In this document: one piece after another, positions 60,157 through 63,853 of the stretch
How positions within the stretch are numbered: the first letter of the stretch is position 1
How the letters are laid out: each line of letters opens with the position of its first letter
Source of the DNA: Candidatus Bipolaricaulota bacterium
GTDB taxonomy: Bacteria; Bipolaricaulota; Bipolaricaulia; Bipolaricaulales; Bipolaricaulaceae
Direction: 5' to 3'
DNA: 63,853 nt
NCBI GenBank assembly: GCA_026418075.1
Contig: JAOACA010000002.1
Location: forward strand, 1 to 63,853
Position numbers and translations under genes: made by a program
The notes under the pieces: generated by a model
What the model was told of the DNA's origin: nothing
The model's database searches: none
Seen by the model: only the letters and a program-made list of their open reading frames with translations

Positions 60157-61673
60157 AGTGCTCCCTCCTCCGGAAACGCTCGGTACTGCAGGGCTTCCGC
60201 CACGTGTTCGGGCCCGATGGTAGCGGACCCGGCCAGATCCGCAATCGTCCGGGCGACCTTGAGGGTCCGGACGTAGCCTCGGGCGGTGAGGGCGAAGTGG
60301 TCCACTGCCCGGGCGAGGAGGGCCCTTCCCTGGGGGCCCACGGCGCAGAACCGGCGGACCTCCCGGGGGCCGAGCTCGGCGTTCGTCCGGGGAGCCCCGT
60401 ACCGCTCCCGCTGGGCCTCCCGGGCGGCAAGAACCCGCCGCCGCACCGCCTCCGACGGCTCCCCTCCCCCCTCGGCGAGGAGCTCCTCCCGGGTCAGCCG
60501 GGGCACCCCCACGAACAGGTCGATCCGGTCGAGGAACGGCCCGGAGAGGCGCTTGCGGTAGCTTGCCACCTCGTGGGGCCGGCACCGGCACGAGCGGAGG
60601 GGGTCTCCGAGGTAGCCGCACGGGCAGGGGTTCATCGCCCCCACCAGGGTGAACGACGCGGGGAAGGTCACCGCCGTCCCGGCCCGGGTCACGGTGATCC
60701 GCCGCTCCTCCAAGGGCTGCCGGAGGGACTCCAGGACCTCCCGGTCGAACTCGGGAAGCTCGTCCAGGAACAGGACCCCGTGGTGGGCGAGGGTGATCTC
60801 CCCGGGGGAGGGAACCCCGTGTCCCCCGCCGACCATCCCAGCGTAGGACACCGTGGGGTGGGGGGAGCGGAACGGCCGGCGGCGGAGAAGGGGCCGGCCC
60901 GGGGGGAGGAGCCCGGCCACGGAGTAGATCCGGGAGACCTCCAGGGCCTCCTCGAACGTGAGGGGCGGGAGGATCCCGGGGAGGCACTGAGCAAGGAGGG
61001 ATTTGCCTGCTCCGGGAGGGCCGACCATGAGGAGGTGGTGCCCGCCGGCGGCGGCGATCTCCAGGGCCCGCCGGGCGTGCTCCTGACCCCGGACGAGGGC
61101 GAGGTCGAGCCCCTCCGGGACCTCCTCCTCGGGGAGGACCCGCGGAGCCGGAGGGATCTCCCGTTCTCCGCGGAGGAACGCCACCGCCTCCCCGAGGGAG
61201 GCGACGGGGTACACGGCGAGGCCGTCCACGAGGGCGGCCTCCGGGGCCGACGGGGCCGCGACCACGGCCCGGCCGATCCCCGCCTCCCGGGCCGCCAGGG
61301 CCATCGCCAGCGCCCCCCGCACCGGCCGGAGGCCCCCATCAAGCCCGAGCTCCCCGAAGAACGCCGTCCCCTCCACCGCCGCAGGAGGGAGCTGCCCCGT
61401 GGCCACGAGGAGGGCCACGGCAAGGGCGAGGTCGAACCCGGCCCCCTCCTTCCGGAGGTCGGCTGGGGCGAGGTTGGCCGTGACCCGGAGCTGGGGGAAA
61501 GCAAGGCCCGCGTTGCGGATCGCCGAGCGCACCCGCTCCCGGGCCTCGGACACCTCCTTCTCGGGAAGGCCGACAATGGCAAACCCGGGAAGCCCCGGCC
61601 CCACGTCGCACTGGACCTCCACCAGCCGGGCCTCGATCCCGTACGGGGCCGCGCTAAGGACCTGGGCGAACAT
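60153..61673 (-). CDS. comM: YifB/ComM Mg-chelatase-like AAA+ ATPase
   Basis: NLAPADLRKEG..FDL, GELGLDG, GPPGAGKS, FLDELPEF, NPCPCG, SGPFLDRID, ARTIADL. Confidence 0.92.
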   Translation of the reverse strand: MFAQVLSAAPYGIEARLVEVQCDVGPGLPGFAIVGLPEKEVSEARERVRSAIRNAGLAFPQLRVTANLAPADLRKEGAGFDLALAVALLVATGQLPPAAVEGTAFFGELGLDGGLRPVRGALAMALAAREAGIGRAVVAAPSAPEAALVDGLAVYPVASLGEAVAFLRGEREIPPAPRVLPEEEVPEGLDLALVRGQEHARRALEIAAAGGHHLLMVGPPGAGKSLLAQCLPGILPPLTFEEALEVSRIYSVAGLLPPGRPLLRRRPFRSPHPTVSYAGMVGGGHGVPSPGEITLAHHGVLFLDELPEFDREVLESLRQPLEERRITVTRAGTAVTFPASFTLVGAMNPCPCGYLGDPLRSCRCRPHEVASYRKRLSGPFLDRIDLFVGVPRLTREELLAEGGGEPSEAVRRRVLAAREAQRERYGAPRTNAELGPREVRRFCAVGPQGRALLARAVDHFALTARGYVRTLKVARTIADLAGSATIGPEHVAEALQYRAFPEEGAL

Positions 61674-62016
61674 CCTCCTCCCGGAACGCGTCCCGGATGT
61701 GGCGCACCCCCCCGGGCCCCACGGCGACAACGTCGAACCGGACCGGGATCTCGGCCCTCCCCCCGAGGAAGGCGAGGGCCGTCCGCCATAGCTTCTCCCG
61801 CTTCCCCGGGGTCACCGCCTCCTCGGGAGCCCCGTGGAGGTCGTCGCGGCGGGCCTTGACCTCGACGAACACGAGGGCCTCCCCGTCCCGGGCCACGATG
61901 TCCACCTCCCCGCCCCGCCAGCGCCAGTTCCGGGCGACGATGCGCATCCCCTGGGCCCGGAGGTGCTGGCAGGCGAGCTCCTCGGCCTCCTTGCCCTTCA
62001 TCCCGTTCCTGATCAT
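61654..62016 (-). CDS. yraN: YraN-family endonuclease
   Basis: G..AEELA..L, RNWR..GEVDIVA, LVFVEVKAR, RFDVV; start may be ATG 62001. Confidence 0.92.
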   Translation of the reverse strand: MIRNGMKGKEAEELACQHLRAQGMRIVARNWRWRGGEVDIVARDGEALVFVEVKARRDDLHGAPEEAVTPGKREKLWRTALAFLGGRAEIPVRFDVVAVGPGGVRHIRDAFREEDVRPGP

Positions 62017-62063
62017 AGCCCGAATTGGCCAAAAGCGCCGTGGTTCCCGTATACTGAGCGCAC

Positions 62064-63350
62064 ATGACGATCCTCATCCGCGGCCCGGCGGTGGTCGGGC
62101 GGCCAGGGGAGGAGCTCCTCCCCAAGGCCGACGTGGTGATCGAGGGCCGCCGGTTCGAGGCCGTGGTCCCCCGGGGCGGGGTGGAGGGGAAGTTCGACCG
62201 CGTGGTGGAGGGGGAGGGCGGCCTCCTCCTCCCCGGGCTTGTCAACGCCCACACCCACCTCGCGATGACCCTCCTCCGGAATGCCGCCCCCGACGTCCCG
62301 TTGGACCGCTGGCTCACCGAACACATCTGGCCCCGGGAGAGGAGGCTCCGGCCCCAGGACGCCTACTGGGGGACGCTCCTTGGGCTCGCCGAGGCGATCC
62401 GGAGCGGGACCACGGCCGTCGCGGACATGTACTTCCACATGGACGAGGTGGCCGGGGCCGTGGAAGAAGCGGGGGTTCGCGCCCTCCTCGCCTACGGAAT
62501 CATCGCCCAAACCCCGGACCGGGTCGAGCCGGAGCTTGGGGAGGCCGAGCGGTTCGCCCGGGCGTGGGACGGGGCTGCCGAGGGCCGGATCCGGGCCGCC
62601 CTCGCCCCCCACGCCCCCTCCACCTGCCGGGCCGAGGTCTGGAAGCGGGCCGCCGCCCTCGCCCACGAGCTCAAGGTCCCCCTCCACACGCATCTTGCCG
62701 AGACGAGGGAGGAGGGGGAGCGGGTTCGGGCGGAGCGGGGAAAAAGCCCAACCGAGTGGCTGGAGGAGCTCGGGGCCCTGTCCGTCCCCCTCCTCGCCGC
62801 CCACTGCGTCCACGTGTCCGAGAAGGACGTCGAGATCCTCGCCGCCCACGGGGCGAGCGCGGTCCACTGCCCGACCTCGAACCTGAGGCTGGGGTGCGGG
62901 ATCGCCCCGGTGGCCGCGCTCCTCGCCGGCGGGGTGAACGTGGCCCTGGGCACCGACGGGGCCGCCTCCGCCGGCGACCTGAACATGCTGGAGGAGATGC
63001 GCCTGGCCTCTCTTCTGGCCGGCATCCGCTCCGGGCCCGGAACCCTCCCCCCCGCCGCGGCCCTGCGCCTGGCCACCACAGGCGGAGCCGCGGCCCTTGG
63101 CCTGGGGAAGGAAGCGGGTACAATTGAGCCCGGCCGCCGGGCCGACGGAGTGCTCGTCCGCATGGACGGCCCCCACTTCTGCCCCGGAGGGGATCCGGTG
63201 GCGGACCTCGTGTACGGGGGACAGGGGCTCGATGTGCAGGCGGTGTTCGTGGACGGCCGGCCGCTCCTCCTCGGGGGCGAACTCCAAACCCTCGACCTGG
63301 AGAAAATCCGCGCGCGGTGCCGGGAAATCTCTCGCCGGCTCCGCCGCTGA
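62064..63350 (+). CDS. Amidohydrolase (MtaD/SsnA-like deaminase)
   Basis: PGLVNAHTH, SGTT..ADMY, PHA, HTHLAET, AHCVH, HCPTSNL.L, GTDG. Confidence 0.9.
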   Translation: MTILIRGPAVVGRPGEELLPKADVVIEGRRFEAVVPRGGVEGKFDRVVEGEGGLLLPGLVNAHTHLAMTLLRNAAPDVPLDRWLTEHIWPRERRLRPQDAYWGTLLGLAEAIRSGTTAVADMYFHMDEVAGAVEEAGVRALLAYGIIAQTPDRVEPELGEAERFARAWDGAAEGRIRAALAPHAPSTCRAEVWKRAAALAHELKVPLHTHLAETREEGERVRAERGKSPTEWLEELGALSVPLLAAHCVHVSEKDVEILAAHGASAVHCPTSNLRLGCGIAPVAALLAGGVNVALGTDGAASAGDLNMLEEMRLASLLAGIRSGPGTLPPAAALRLATTGGAAALGLGKEAGTIEPGRRADGVLVRMDGPHFCPGGDPVADLVYGGQGLDVQAVFVDGRPLLLGGELQTLDLEKIRARCREISRRLRR

Positions 63351-63401
63351 ACCCCTCCCCGGCGCACGCCCGCGGGGGAGAGGGCGATCGGAGGTGGTAA
63401 C

Positions 63402-63674
63402 GTGGCGTTGACGAAAGAGAAGAAACAGGCGTTGATCGGGAAGTTCGCCCGCAGCCCGTCCGACACCGGTTCGGTCGAGGTCCAGGTGGCCCTCCTCACC
63501 GGGCGGATCCAGGAGCTCACGGAGCACCTCCAGGTGCACCGCAAAGACTTCCACTCCCGGCGCGGGCTCCACATGCTGGTCGGAAAGCGGCGGAGGTTGC
63601 TGCAGTACCTGCGCCGGACCGACCCCCGAAAGTACCAGCAGCTCCTTCAGGAGCTGAACATCCGAGGTGTGTAA
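63402..63674 (+). CDS. rpsO: 30S ribosomal protein S15
   Basis: [28 protein letters not shown]. Confidence 0.98.
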   Translation: MALTKEKKQALIGKFARSPSDTGSVEVQVALLTGRIQELTEHLQVHRKDFHSRRGLHMLVGKRRRLLQYLRRTDPRKYQQLLQELNIRGV

Positions 63675-63679
63675 GCGGA

Positions 63680-63853
63680 ATGCCGGAACTTGAGAAGATG
63701 GTTGGTGGGAAACCGTTCCGCCTGGAGAGCGGGACGATCGCCCGGCAGGCGGACGCGGCCGTGCTAGCCAGCTGGGGGGACACGAAGGTCCTCGTGACCG
63801 TGGTCTGCCAGCCCACGGCCCAGGAGCTCGACTACTTCCCGCTCCGGGTCGAC
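63680..63853 (+). CDS. pnp: Polyribonucleotide nucleotidyltransferase, N-terminus (runs off window edge)
   Basis: Manual translation [42 protein letters not shown]...DYFPLRVD; canonical rpsO-pnp order. Confidence 0.92.
   Translation, partial: MPELEKMVGGKPFRLESGTIARQADAAVLASWGDTKVLVTVVCQPTAQELDYFPLRVD

Noticed and set aside
63351-63401. S15 autoregulatory leader before rpsO
   Set aside because: A GC-rich hairpin is possible, but I cannot support a match to a known S15 leader motif by eye

Overview
GC-rich bacterial chromosomal window, mostly core genome. The 16S sequence, a diderm envelope kit with no lpx genes in view, and amino-acid-fermentation genes suggest Bipolaricaulota (Acetothermia/OP1); this is inference, not a database result. 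Contents in order: TetR/MMPL/LolA-like export cluster; five-tRNA operon; degP; ThiI-like enzyme; tnaA; a single-ORF LptF/G-LptD-like fusion; ruvB; ribF-tsaB-rpmB; vor-type 2-oxoacid:ferredoxin oxidoreductase operon; oligopeptide ABC operon; hutU; cysK-cysE; por operon; Crp/Fnr regulator; a stand-alone 16S rRNA gene with no linked 23S; nadE; a long yraN-comM-bamA-skp-ftcD-murD-ftsW-murG-murC-murB-ftsQ-ftsA-ftsZ run; rpsO-pnp. Four signals stand out. (1) An 81-bp structured element occurs twice (43633-43713, 45782-45862), each copy with its own -10 box at identical spacing, carrying anti-Shine-Dalgarno and anti-AUG sequence. It sits divergent from the 16S promoter and flanks a secreted Cys-rich multidomain gene. 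(2) The LptF/G-LptD fusion. (3) Crossed (A-B...A'-B') complementary stems around the 16S gene. (4) Many apparently leaderless genes. No CRISPR array, integrase or transposase was seen. Most long ORFs in the supplied track are GC-shadow frames.
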